64,000 nucleotides of DNA from a virus (Duplodnaviria; Caudoviricetes). The stretch lies in IMG/VR virus record IMGVR_UViG_3300043447_000100, positions 96,001 through 160,000 of that record, one strand, 5' to 3'. The translations under genes were made by a program, and so were the position numbers. The notes under the pieces are model-generated. The model was not told the origin of the DNA, searched no databases, and saw nothing but the letters and a program-made list of their open reading frames with translations. Positions 10,350 through 19,534 of the stretch are shown here, piece by piece (the stretch's first letter is position 1; the number at the start of each line of letters is the position of its first letter).

Positions 10350-12626
10350 ATGAGTTTAAAGAATTACATCAAGCAAATTGAGCAGTTGAATGAGGGCGAC
10401 TTAACGATTGCTCCAGCGCCATCAAGTTCACAAATTATTAAGAAAGACGGCAAAGATATTGCTACTGCTACTAACCCACAAGCAGCCGCGGAATTAAAGA
10501 AAGATATCGAAGCAGGCGATATCATGTTAAATGATCCTAATGAAAAAGCATTGGGCGAAGACGGCGGCGAAGACACTGCTCTAGCACAAGGCATGAACAC
10601 TCGTCAAGTATCAGAAGAACTAGCAGAAGCATTTGCTCAACTAGAATCACAATTCCCACATGAAGTAAAAATGTACAAAGAAGGTTGGGGTCTAGACGAA
10701 GACTTATATCATCGCATCGCTGAAGCATGTCACGGTGCTGGTGAAGTACCACACAAAGTATGGCACGGTGACTTAAATGAGCTACGTAACTTCGTAGAAA
10801 ACATCTACGCTAGTCATCACGGCTTAGTTGATGAAGCAACGCTTGTTAATAAGGGCCAGCCGGTTGATGACACAAGTGATATTGAAATTAAACGCTCAAT
10901 ATCACAAGAACCTACAATCGACTTTACACCACCGCCTAAAAAAGACACATCAATAGTAGACAAACTAGCTAATGTAGCTAAGCGATTTATGCCGTCTAAA
11001 AAAGACGATTTAGAAGAAGAGACATCATTAGAGCGTTCACTAAGAGCCTCACAACAATCAAAGGAAGAAACTATGTTTGAAGGTAAAGAAACAACAGACA
11101 AGGGCGTGAAGCACACTGGCTCTTATGGTAAGCGTCACGGCAAAGAAGAAGTCCGTGATCAATACGGCGCTAAGATCGGCAAGATCGATCTCGATAAAGA
11201 AGCAAAGAAAGACGAGCCTAAGCGCGGCAAAGGTCGTCCTAAGAAAGACGCAGGCGATGCTGGTGTAGCGTTCGACACATCAGAGTTAGACAACGCATTC
11301 GGCGGCGCCGCTAAGAAATCCGCGGCAAAGAAGTTAGACAAGTCACACGACAAGAAGAAAACAGTCAAGCACAAAGTTGATGAGCAAATTTCTTCATGGG
11401 ATCAACAACTAAAAACTCTATTAGAGAGCAAGCAAATTAACGAAGGTATCACAGTATCTACATCAATGGGTCAAGAGCAAGCTCCTGATTCAGTAAGCGT
11501 AAGTGCTACTGACGAAGATGCTCATACATTACTAAAAATCATTCACGATGCTGGTCTAGGTGTCAAGACTGATGCTCGTGAAGAAATGCTAAAAGCACAC
11601 GGCATGTCAGGTGAAGGCGGTTCATTCTCCATCAACCCAACAGACGACGAAGCAAACGATGTTGAAGTTGTTGACTTTGATACAGCACAAGGCGACTTAT
11701 CAGGTGAAGAAGACAACGGCGACGACACACTAGCTCAAATCAAGAAGATGCTAGGTATCGGCGTTGATGCCGCACCAGAACCTAAGCACCCAGAAGGTTT
11801 CGACGGTGAAGAAGGCAAAGAAGAGTCCGGCGAAGATGGGGACAAAGACAAAGACAAAGTAGCAGTAGTTGACGAAGAAGATGTTGAAGAAGGTGCCGGA
11901 GTAATGCATTACAAAAAGGAACAAGCTAAGGCCGCCGGCAAAGATTCATTCAAAGTGGGTGACGAAGAATTCCCTGTAAAAGAAGAAGACGACTCAGCGT
12001 CTGAAGATGAATCCAAAGAAGATGAATCCAAAGAAGATGAATCCAAAGAAGATGAATCCAAAGAAGAAGACAAACTAGAAGAAGGTATTGGTCAACGCTT
12101 ACTAGCTGGCGCAGCCTTACTAGCAGGTCTATGGGGTATCAACAACTATCAAGCACAGCAAGTTTACAATAATAGCGAATCACTACGATCACTACTTCAG
12201 TATCGTGAAGACGCCGCTCGACACGGTGATAAGGAAGCTGTAGCTAAGATCGATCAACGCATTAAAGTTCAAAAAGACAGATTAGACTTAGACAAGGGTG
12301 ATCCTGTTGATGCTCAGGGCAATCCTTTGAAAGCAGAGCCATATAAGCCAGTCAAAGAAGAACATGATCACCAAACTTGTAACGAATGCGGCGGCATGTT
12401 AGAAGAAGGTCACGACTGCTCAGGTCAACTAAACGAGTGGGCTAACTCTCGTGAAGGCATCTCTGAAGACGAGCGTTTCTTCGCAACAGTTAAGTTCATG
12501 ACTGGCGATATCTCTGGCGGCTTAAACGGTCAGAAGAAGGATCAAACAGTTATGCCTCACACTGCTGTTAAAGTTATCGAAGCAGGCGATGTAGCCGCTC
12601 AGATGAAAAAACTAGCCGGTATCTAA
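10350..12626 (+). CDS. Acidic low-complexity putative scaffold / internal head polyprotein, 758 aa
   Basis: Many (L/I/V)-x-E sites, EDESK repeats, C-terminal MKKLAGI. Confidence 0.55.
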   Translation: MSLKNYIKQIEQLNEGDLTIAPAPSSSQIIKKDGKDIATATNPQAAAELKKDIEAGDIMLNDPNEKALGEDGGEDTALAQGMNTRQVSEELAEAFAQLESQFPHEVKMYKEGWGLDEDLYHRIAEACHGAGEVPHKVWHGDLNELRNFVENIYASHHGLVDEATLVNKGQPVDDTSDIEIKRSISQEPTIDFTPPPKKDTSIVDKLANVAKRFMPSKKDDLEEETSLERSLRASQQSKEETMFEGKETTDKGVKHTGSYGKRHGKEEVRDQYGAKIGKIDLDKEAKKDEPKRGKGRPKKDAGDAGVAFDTSELDNAFGGAAKKSAAKKLDKSHDKKKTVKHKVDEQISSWDQQLKTLLESKQINEGITVSTSMGQEQAPDSVSVSATDEDAHTLLKIIHDAGLGVKTDAREEMLKAHGMSGEGGSFSINPTDDEANDVEVVDFDTAQGDLSGEEDNGDDTLAQIKKMLGIGVDAAPEPKHPEGFDGEEGKEESGEDGDKDKDKVAVVDEEDVEEGAGVMHYKKEQAKAAGKDSFKVGDEEFPVKEEDDSASEDESKEDESKEDESKEDESKEEDKLEEGIGQRLLAGAALLAGLWGINNYQAQQVYNNSESLRSLLQYREDAARHGDKEAVAKIDQRIKVQKDRLDLDKGDPVDAQGNPLKAEPYKPVKEEHDHQTCNECGGMLEEGHDCSGQLNEWANSREGISEDERFFATVKFMTGDISGGLNGQKKDQTVMPHTAVKVIEAGDVAAQMKKLAGI
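12003..12062 (+). repeat. Tandem repeat, 4 x GAAGATGAATCCAAA (EDESK)
   Basis: Four perfect in-frame 15-bp copies. Confidence 0.95.
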
Positions 12627-13001
12627 ATGAGAGCACGTGAGTTTGTAAGCGAAGCAAAAGGCAGCATGGATAAAGTTGCTGCCAATGCTACTAAAGGTGC
12701 CTATAAGTTCAAAGACTCAGGCATCGACCGCGTTTACAACCTCAATCAAGTAATGAAGGCAGCTGGTATGGCCGATGGTCGTACTACTGCCCCAGTTTCT
12801 ATGGACCATGAGAGTTTCGCTGGCAAGAACAACATGGCATACCCATACACAGAAGAAGAGCACAATATGATGAAAGCCGCCTTCGCAACAGTAGGCGACA
12901 CCCAATCAATCGAACTCGTCAGAGATCATCGCTCACTAGAGGCAGACGACACTCAGAAAAAGTCGCCAAGTTTAGGCCGCCCTAAGCTAAAGTTCAAATA
13001 A
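12627..13001 (+). CDS. Putative internal head protein (MRAREFVSE)
   Basis: 124-aa ORF abutting the previous stop codon; CTS-like N-terminus. Confidence 0.6.
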   Translation: MRAREFVSEAKGSMDKVAANATKGAYKFKDSGIDRVYNLNQVMKAAGMADGRTTAPVSMDHESFAGKNNMAYPYTEEEHNMMKAAFATVGDTQSIELVRDHRSLEADDTQKKSPSLGRPKLKFK

Positions 13002-13057
13002 AAAATTTCGCACCCTCGTCAAACGAATAAGTAAATCCAACAAACAAAGGATTTATA

Positions 13058-13786
13058 ATGATCGACGCATCACAAGTCATTGACGCTCTCAAACTTAGAT
13101 TTTACAACGACTGGATCTTCCAGGCTCACATCTATGACGAGGGCGAATCAGCTTTCCACAGAGAGCTAACCACCAAAATGATCAAAGAGTACATTGAGCC
13201 TCTTAATCTACCTAAAGACGCTAAAATCTTAGACATGGGTTGCGGCCCTGGCTTCTTCTTAAACGACATGAAAGAACTAGGCTACACTGATCTAACTGGT
13301 GTTACCTTATCACCAGGCGATCAAGAAATCTGTAAAAAGAACGGTCACAAAGTTGCCGCTTATGACTTATCAAACCTACCAGTCAAAGACGGCTACATCG
13401 ATGAATCAATCGACTTTATCTTCTGCCGTCATGCTCTAGAGCACTCACCATACCCTATCTTTACCCTGATCGAATACAATCGTGTTCTACGTCAAGGCGG
13501 TAAGATTTACATCGAAGTACCACAACCTGATTGCGACCGTCGTCACGAGTGGAACTTGAATCACTATTCAATCTTCGGCGCTAATCAACTAGCGGCTCTA
13601 CTACAACGCACAGGCTTCAATATCGACACATTCAACAACTTCGAGTTCGACTTAGTAGTTGGTGAGCGTGAAGAAGACGAGACAAACGAAGCAGGCGAGA
13701 CCGTTAAAGTCAAGAAGCCAGTGCTTGCTCGTGAGAAGTTCTATTGTATCGTTGCTACTAAAGCACGTCCTCTAGACTTGAAATAA
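13058..13786 (+). CDS. Class I SAM-dependent methyltransferase
   Basis: ILDMGCGPG (motif I), DFIFCRHALEH, RVLRQGG. Confidence 0.9.
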   Translation: MIDASQVIDALKLRFYNDWIFQAHIYDEGESAFHRELTTKMIKEYIEPLNLPKDAKILDMGCGPGFFLNDMKELGYTDLTGVTLSPGDQEICKKNGHKVAAYDLSNLPVKDGYIDESIDFIFCRHALEHSPYPIFTLIEYNRVLRQGGKIYIEVPQPDCDRRHEWNLNHYSIFGANQLAALLQRTGFNIDTFNNFEFDLVVGEREEDETNEAGETVKVKKPVLAREKFYCIVATKARPLDLK

Positions 13787-13828
13787 GTTTTTATTAGCTA
13801 AGTTAGTTTCCCCCGCTTAGTTAAGTTC

Positions 13829-13859
13829 AGGCCCTGGTGTAACAATCAGGGCCTTTTTT
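13829..13859 (+). terminator. Rho-independent terminator
   Basis: AGGCCCTGGT-GTAACA-ATCAGGGCCT followed by a T-tract. Confidence 0.85.
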
Positions 13860-13870
13860 CTAAATACAAT

Positions 13871-14149
13871 ATGACATTCGACCCATTCAAACAATCTCGT
13901 CTAATGAACGGCTTCAAGCAAGTTCAGGAATACAAAATGCCTGAGTCAACCGTAGATACTAGTATCGACGACCTCAAGCGATTAGCAGGCGTCAACAATA
14001 CAAGTTATGGCGAAGAAACAAGCGAATATGCTACAAACTTAGGTCAGATTCAGCGTGAGCGCAACATCAGACCAGGCACTGATGAATGGTTCAAGCTATG
14101 GTTCGCTAAGCCTCTGCTAACAGGTGAGCAGCCTTACACGAAGAAGTGA
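13871..14149 (+). CDS. Hypothetical late protein (LKRLAGV; IRPGTDEWFKLWF)
   Basis: 92-aa ORF whose ATG is 4 nt after the CTAAATA box. Confidence 0.7.
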   Translation: MTFDPFKQSRLMNGFKQVQEYKMPESTVDTSIDDLKRLAGVNNTSYGEETSEYATNLGQIQRERNIRPGTDEWFKLWFAKPLLTGEQPYTKK

Positions 14150-14176
14150 TAAATACTAGATACAGGAACCCATACT

Positions 14177-14545
14177 ATGAAAATTCAAGACCTATTCAGA
14201 GCGATGCTAGACCAGATGGATGGAGTAGAGCATACAACAGGCAACCCAAGCAACGCACTTGATTCAGTTGAAGGCGGCCTAGTGCCAGTCGTTGCTGATA
14301 ATACAGACGCAAGTGAGCAGTCAACAATGATTCCACCACTACAAGCAAGTCTAGAGTTGCTAAAGAAAGCAACAGGCGTAGATAATGCTTATGATGAAGA
14401 GGGCGGCTGCGGCTGTGAAGCACAACCATGTGGCTGTGAAGGCGGTAGCGAAGACTATGCCGAAGAAGATGGCTTAGGTGACATTACACGTTTAGCGGGT
14501 ATCCCAGCAATCACTATCGTTCAAGCCGATCAAACACCTTTATAA
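14177..14545 (+). CDS. Hypothetical acidic late protein (ITRLAGI)
   Basis: 122-aa ORF with AGGA RBS and late box at 14148. Confidence 0.7.
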   Translation: MKIQDLFRAMLDQMDGVEHTTGNPSNALDSVEGGLVPVVADNTDASEQSTMIPPLQASLELLKKATGVDNAYDEEGGCGCEAQPCGCEGGSEDYAEEDGLGDITRLAGIPAITIVQADQTPL

Positions 14546-14558
14546 TCAGGAGTAGTAG

Positions 14559-16397
14559 ATGGCGATTTATGAACTATGGATGAGCCGTCACAACGGCGTA
14601 AATGCTACAGACTATGTTGGTCCTGCGGGCAAACTGTGGTACGATCCAGACACACAATCAATTCGTAGTAGTGATGGTACAACTGCTGGTGGCTCATCTA
14701 TCAATGGCGGTGGTGGTTCAACATACACAAACACTAACGTAGTAAACTTACTAGCCTCATTCGGTTCAAACTCAATATCTACAACAGGTAACGTAACTGC
14801 TACTCGTTTCATCGGTAGCGGTGCTAATCTAACAGCACTAACAGGTGCTAACGTAACAGGTCAAGTACCATTCGCCGCTGTTGCTAATAGTGTAGCACTA
14901 GCAAACGTAACAGGCGCAGGTAACATTGCTTCACTAAACATAACAGCAAACGCCGCACAAGTCTTATACGGTAACGGTACATTTGCTGCCTCATACGCTA
15001 ACTCAAACGTAACAGCACACTTAGCCGCATTCGGCAGTAACACCATCACGACTACAGGTAACATTACTGCTAACTATTTCTTAGGTAATCATCTCGGCGA
15101 TCAACAAGCACAAGTAACTAATCGAACTGGTTCTACGATTACAGCGGGTAGGGTTGTTAGAATCGTAGGCTATCAAGGCGGCAATATGACCGTTGCTCTT
15201 GCTAGTAATTCAGCAGAGGTTGACAGCGCGGGCACACTAGGCATCGTAGTTGCTGATATCCCTAACAACGGCGTTGGCTTCGTACAGTACAACGGCACCA
15301 TCTACAATCAAAACACAGCCGCTTTCTCAGAAGGCGATATGCTATTCTTAGGTTCAACACCAGGCACACTAACAGCAACTAAGCCCGATGCCCCAGCACA
15401 CGCTGTTCGCATCGGTTGGGTTCGTTCAGTCAATGCTAACAACGGCTCTATCTATATTAAAGTAGACAACGGCTACGAACTAGACGAACTACACAACGTG
15501 CTAATCTCAGGTACAGTTGCTAACAACAGCCTACTACAGTACAACTCAGCAACAGGCGTATGGCGTAATGTAACTCAGCCTACATTCGGCATGACTGTTA
15601 TTGACGGCAACTTACAAGCATACGGCGCACTGACTACTAGTGAGTGGAACAACGGCACATCAAACGTTCGCATTGCTAGTGGCGGCAACATAGGTTTCTC
15701 TATTAACGGCACGGGCAACATTGTAAACGTTATCGCTAACGGCATCACTACTACAGGTAACGTAGACGCCGGCGCAATCAGAACAGACAATCTACTCTAC
15801 GCTAACGGCGTAGTGCGACCAACAGGTGGTTCATCATACACAAACACTGACGTAGTAAACTTACTATCAGCATTCGGTAGTAATACAATCTCTACAACAG
15901 GTAACATCACTGCTGGTAATGTAACAGCGGCATCACTAAACAGTGGCACAGGCAACATTCGCTTCATCAACAACAACTTGTACTTTAGCGTCAACGGCTC
16001 TGCTAACGCTGTCCGCTTCACTAGCACAGAATCTATTGTTACTGGTGGTAACATCAATGGCGGCATCATCAAAACAGACAACTGGTTCTATACTGATGGC
16101 ACTAGCTTAGTACCTGGCTCTAATACTCAAGTAATATTCAACAACAACGGCAAGACCGGCGCTAATCCTAATCTAACATTCACAGGTACAGTGCTAACTG
16201 TGACCGGTAACGTAGTAGCAACCAGAGTTACAACAGACAACTTGACTACAACAAGAATGACTGCTAACGTAACTGACACGGTACCAGCAACCGCAACAGA
16301 TACGGGCAATCGCGGCGAGATTAGATTTGACAGCAACTATATGTACGTTTGTATCGCTACTAATACGTGGAAAAGATTCGCTCTTTCAACGTGGTAA
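14559..16397 (+). CDS. Virion fibre / decoration protein, 612 aa
   Basis: G/N/T-rich. Three copies of Y.N.(N/D)V...L..FGSN.I.TTGN.TA (about 14724, 14994 and 15837). C-terminal GEIRFDSNYMYVC..TNTWKR module. Confidence 0.7.
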   Translation: MAIYELWMSRHNGVNATDYVGPAGKLWYDPDTQSIRSSDGTTAGGSSINGGGGSTYTNTNVVNLLASFGSNSISTTGNVTATRFIGSGANLTALTGANVTGQVPFAAVANSVALANVTGAGNIASLNITANAAQVLYGNGTFAASYANSNVTAHLAAFGSNTITTTGNITANYFLGNHLGDQQAQVTNRTGSTITAGRVVRIVGYQGGNMTVALASNSAEVDSAGTLGIVVADIPNNGVGFVQYNGTIYNQNTAAFSEGDMLFLGSTPGTLTATKPDAPAHAVRIGWVRSVNANNGSIYIKVDNGYELDELHNVLISGTVANNSLLQYNSATGVWRNVTQPTFGMTVIDGNLQAYGALTTSEWNNGTSNVRIASGGNIGFSINGTGNIVNVIANGITTTGNVDAGAIRTDNLLYANGVVRPTGGSSYTNTDVVNLLSAFGSNTISTTGNITAGNVTAASLNSGTGNIRFINNNLYFSVNGSANAVRFTSTESIVTGGNINGGIIKTDNWFYTDGTSLVPGSNTQVIFNNNGKTGANPNLTFTGTVLTVTGNVVATRVTTDNLTTTRMTANVTDTVPATATDTGNRGEIRFDSNYMYVCIATNTWKRFALSTW

Positions 16398-16412
16398 AAT
16401 AAATAGTAAACT

Positions 16413-17978
16413 ATGAGCGATAATGACTTTATACGCCCCAAGGGCAAGGTAATTCCTCTCTCCAGAGAACAGGCGATTGAAGTAGCACGTTGCGCAGACC
16501 CAGATACGGGTTATCGCTACTTCATGGAGAACTATTTTTACATTCAGCACCCTACAAAGGGTCAGCTACTGTACAAACCGTACCCTTATCAAACAGAACT
16601 AATTGAGAACTATCACGAGAATAGATTTTCTATCTCAATGTTAGCACGACAGTTAGGTAAAACAACGTCAGCGGCGGGCTATCTCTTATGGTTCGCTATG
16701 TTCAACACAGACAAGACGATTCTAATTGCGGCTCACCAGTTTACCGGTGCGCAAGAAATCATGCAGCGTATCAGATACGCTTACGAAATGTGTCCTATGT
16801 GGTTGAAAGCAGACGTTGAAGTATACAACCAAGGTAACATCGACTTTGGCAATAAATCTCGCATCGTTGCTCGTGCTACTACAGAAAAAACCGGTCGTGG
16901 TATGTCTATTTCACTCTTATACCTTGACGAATTTGCGTTCGTGCGCCCTACTATTGCGTCAGAGTTCTGGACTTCTATCTCTCCAACACTAGCAACCGGC
17001 GGTAAGTGTATTATTACATCAACACCCAACAACGATGACGACACATTCGCTAAGATTTGGAAGGATGCTAACAACAGATTTGATCAACACGGCAACCCTA
17101 CACTCCTAGGCGTCAATAACTTCTCGCCTTACTTTGCTACATGGTCAGCTCATCCCGAACGTGACGAAAAATGGGCTAATGCCGAACGTGCTAAGATCGG
17201 TGAAGAGCAATTCCGTCGTGAGATGATGTGTGAGTTCATTATTGACAGTGAAACTCTCATTGATTCTCTAACGTTAGTCGCCCTTCAAGGCAGAGAAATG
17301 TCATACAAGACAGGTCAAGTACGCTGGTACAAAAAGCCTGAACGCAATCACACATATGTAGTAGCACTAGACCCCTCAGTAGGCACTGGCGGCGACCCTG
17401 CCGCCATTCAGATCGTTGATGCTACAACATTCGAACAAATAGGTGAGTGGAAGCATAACAAGACGCCTATTCCTCAGCAAGTGCGACTAATCGCTGAGAT
17501 TACAGAGTACATTGCTGAATGTACAGGTCAACCTGAGCGTATTTACTACTCATACGAGAACAACGGCGTAGGCGAAGCGGTGCGAGTATCCCTAGCAGAG
17601 TTGTCAAACGACAATATTATCGGTAACTTCGTAGCCGAACCTCGCAGAACAGGTGCTGATGCCCGTCTGCCCTTTGCCGGATTCGTCACCACCAATAAAA
17701 CAAAGAACGCTGCCTGCTCTAAGTTCAAATCCCTGATCGAAAGTCGCAGAATGACTATCTACAGCATCCCGCTGATATCAGAATTAAAGACTTACATTGC
17801 TTCAAGAGGCTCATATGCCGCAGTTCTAGGTCAAACAGACGACTTAGTATCGGCCATGCTGATTGCTACTCGTATGATCGGTGCTATTCAGATGTTCGAC
17901 TCAAAAATCAGCGAATCCTACACTGACCACACGGACATTGAGGTGCCAATGCCCTTTATTATGTCTATGAGCTTCTAA
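16413..17978 (+). CDS. Terminase large subunit (gp17-like)
   Basis: YPYQ, ARQLGKT (Walker A), LYLDEFAF (Walker B), ITSTP, ALDPSVG and TDDLVSA. Confidence 0.97.
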   Translation: MSDNDFIRPKGKVIPLSREQAIEVARCADPDTGYRYFMENYFYIQHPTKGQLLYKPYPYQTELIENYHENRFSISMLARQLGKTTSAAGYLLWFAMFNTDKTILIAAHQFTGAQEIMQRIRYAYEMCPMWLKADVEVYNQGNIDFGNKSRIVARATTEKTGRGMSISLLYLDEFAFVRPTIASEFWTSISPTLATGGKCIITSTPNNDDDTFAKIWKDANNRFDQHGNPTLLGVNNFSPYFATWSAHPERDEKWANAERAKIGEEQFRREMMCEFIIDSETLIDSLTLVALQGREMSYKTGQVRWYKKPERNHTYVVALDPSVGTGGDPAAIQIVDATTFEQIGEWKHNKTPIPQQVRLIAEITEYIAECTGQPERIYYSYENNGVGEAVRVSLAELSNDNIIGNFVAEPRRTGADARLPFAGFVTTNKTKNAACSKFKSLIESRRMTIYSIPLISELKTYIASRGSYAAVLGQTDDLVSAMLIATRMIGAIQMFDSKISESYTDHTDIEVPMPFIMSMSF

Positions 17979-17981
17979 ACG

Positions 17982-18027
17982 ATAATAAGAATCCGTGATA
18001 AATACTGCATTATCCGGATTCTATTAT
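17982..18027 (+). promoter_or_regulatory. Hairpin sequestering the 18026 start, with a late promoter box inside it
   Basis: AGAATCCG (17988-95) pairs with CGGATTCT (18015-22). GATAA pairs with TTATC and ATAAT with ATTAT. GATAAATA is at 17997. Confidence 0.7.
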
Positions 18028-19534
18028 GCCTAAAACCAATCAAACCCTCAATAAAGAGCTAGACGAACTACTAAGTAGTCACGGCTTCGACGTAAAAGCC
18101 CTAACTTCGGGCGGCGACTCAGTGCCAGTACCTGAAGAAGCAGACATTTTTCAGTTTCACTTTCATAAAAACGGCAAAGACTACGGCACAGTCACAGTTA
18201 CAATCGACGGCGACTCTACAATGATCGTCTATTACGATGATAATGTCACCCGAAGCGGCAATAATGACACGGATGACATTAGTTGGACTGAGTTAGTAAA
18301 ACAACTCAAGAAGTTTGCTCTTGGCCACCAGATCAAGAACTTCAAACTCAAAGATACAGATAGATTGAGAACAGATATGGAACGCAGAGACCACGTAAGA
18401 AAGCAAGAGTCAACGCTAAACGAAGGCTACTACGGCAACAAGCATACCTCATACAACGATATTGCTGAAACAGTAAAGATTATTGTCAAGCACAACAAGA
18501 AATTAGAAGAAACAGACGCACGTTTCAGATACATCGACAAGATTTTCTTAGAAACCGCACAAGGCGAACGCTTACTAGTACCTACAACTAAGCCTAGTCA
18601 AGCACGTATGTTTGCTCGACACATCATTGAGGGCGGCGGCTACAAGGATGATCGCTGGTCACATCTACAAGAGATGTGTGAAGACATTGACAAGCTAGGT
18701 AAGTTTGTTCGTGCTACTAACGGTAAGCGTGAAATGTTTACTGAAAGCGCAGGTCGTATGATTGATGAAGCTATTGCTAAGTATCAAGAGCTACGTGAAC
18801 ACGCAAACAAGCTACAAACAAGCAGAGGCTACAACGCTTACTTTGAATCATATGAGCCAAGTGTAATTACAGAAACAGACGACACACTCAGTGAAGTATT
18901 CAAGACAAGTTCACTAGACGCACGTATTGAAAGCGCCCTACCTGTCTTACAAAAGTACGGCTTCAAGGCAGGCAAGTTAGAAGAAGCATCAATGTTTGCT
19001 GAATGGGCTGATGATGTCCTAAGTGAAGCACTAGATCCACTAACAAACGCACAAATTGAAGAACTAATCAAACTATTGAGTGATGAAGAGTTCAAAGTAG
19101 GCCCTAACGGCGAGAACGCTATCAAAGCACTTGATGATATTATTGAAAGCGGTGAGTTAGAAGAAGAATTGCGTGATGCGGCAGATCAAGATGCTGATCA
19201 TCCTGCTAGTCCTGTTATCATTAGTTGGATGGAACGTCAACCTGGTAGCAAATACAAAGCAGTACTAGCACAAGTTAGTAGTGATGAAGCAAACGCAGAT
19301 GCTAGTGAGAAGAGTAGTAACGAGCAACCTCAAAAAGTCAAGCCTAAGAAAAAGAAACCTCAACAAAAACCTGCTGATGCGGGAGGCCTACCTCCACTAC
19401 CACCGCTACCACCACTCGGCGGCCCAGCACCAGGCCCAGCACCAGGCCCAGCACCAGCTGGAGGCGGCCTACCTCCACTACCACCACTTGAAGAGAGTGA
19501 TGAACTAGAATCTTTATTGAAACTATTGAAATGA
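18026..19534 (+). CDS. Hypothetical putative head-associated protein with a proline-rich tail, 502 aa
   Basis: Internal LNE/G and LEE/A sites; C-terminal GGLPPLPPL and GPAP repeats. Confidence 0.65.
   Translation: MPKTNQTLNKELDELLSSHGFDVKALTSGGDSVPVPEEADIFQFHFHKNGKDYGTVTVTIDGDSTMIVYYDDNVTRSGNNDTDDISWTELVKQLKKFALGHQIKNFKLKDTDRLRTDMERRDHVRKQESTLNEGYYGNKHTSYNDIAETVKIIVKHNKKLEETDARFRYIDKIFLETAQGERLLVPTTKPSQARMFARHIIEGGGYKDDRWSHLQEMCEDIDKLGKFVRATNGKREMFTESAGRMIDEAIAKYQELREHANKLQTSRGYNAYFESYEPSVITETDDTLSEVFKTSSLDARIESALPVLQKYGFKAGKLEEASMFAEWADDVLSEALDPLTNAQIEELIKLLSDEEFKVGPNGENAIKALDDIIESGELEEELRDAADQDADHPASPVIISWMERQPGSKYKAVLAQVSSDEANADASEKSSNEQPQKVKPKKKKPQQKPADAGGLPPLPPLPPLGGPAPGPAPGPAPAGGGLPPLPPLEESDELESLLKLLK
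19421..19456 (+). repeat. Tandem repeat, 3 x GGCCCAGCACCA (GPAP), flanked by LPPLPPL repeats
   Basis: Read directly from the sequence. Confidence 0.9.

Noticed and set aside
12003-12062. 15-bp tandem repeat as a regulatory or iteron element
   Set aside because: It is in frame within a low-complexity acidic protein; simple slippage explains it.
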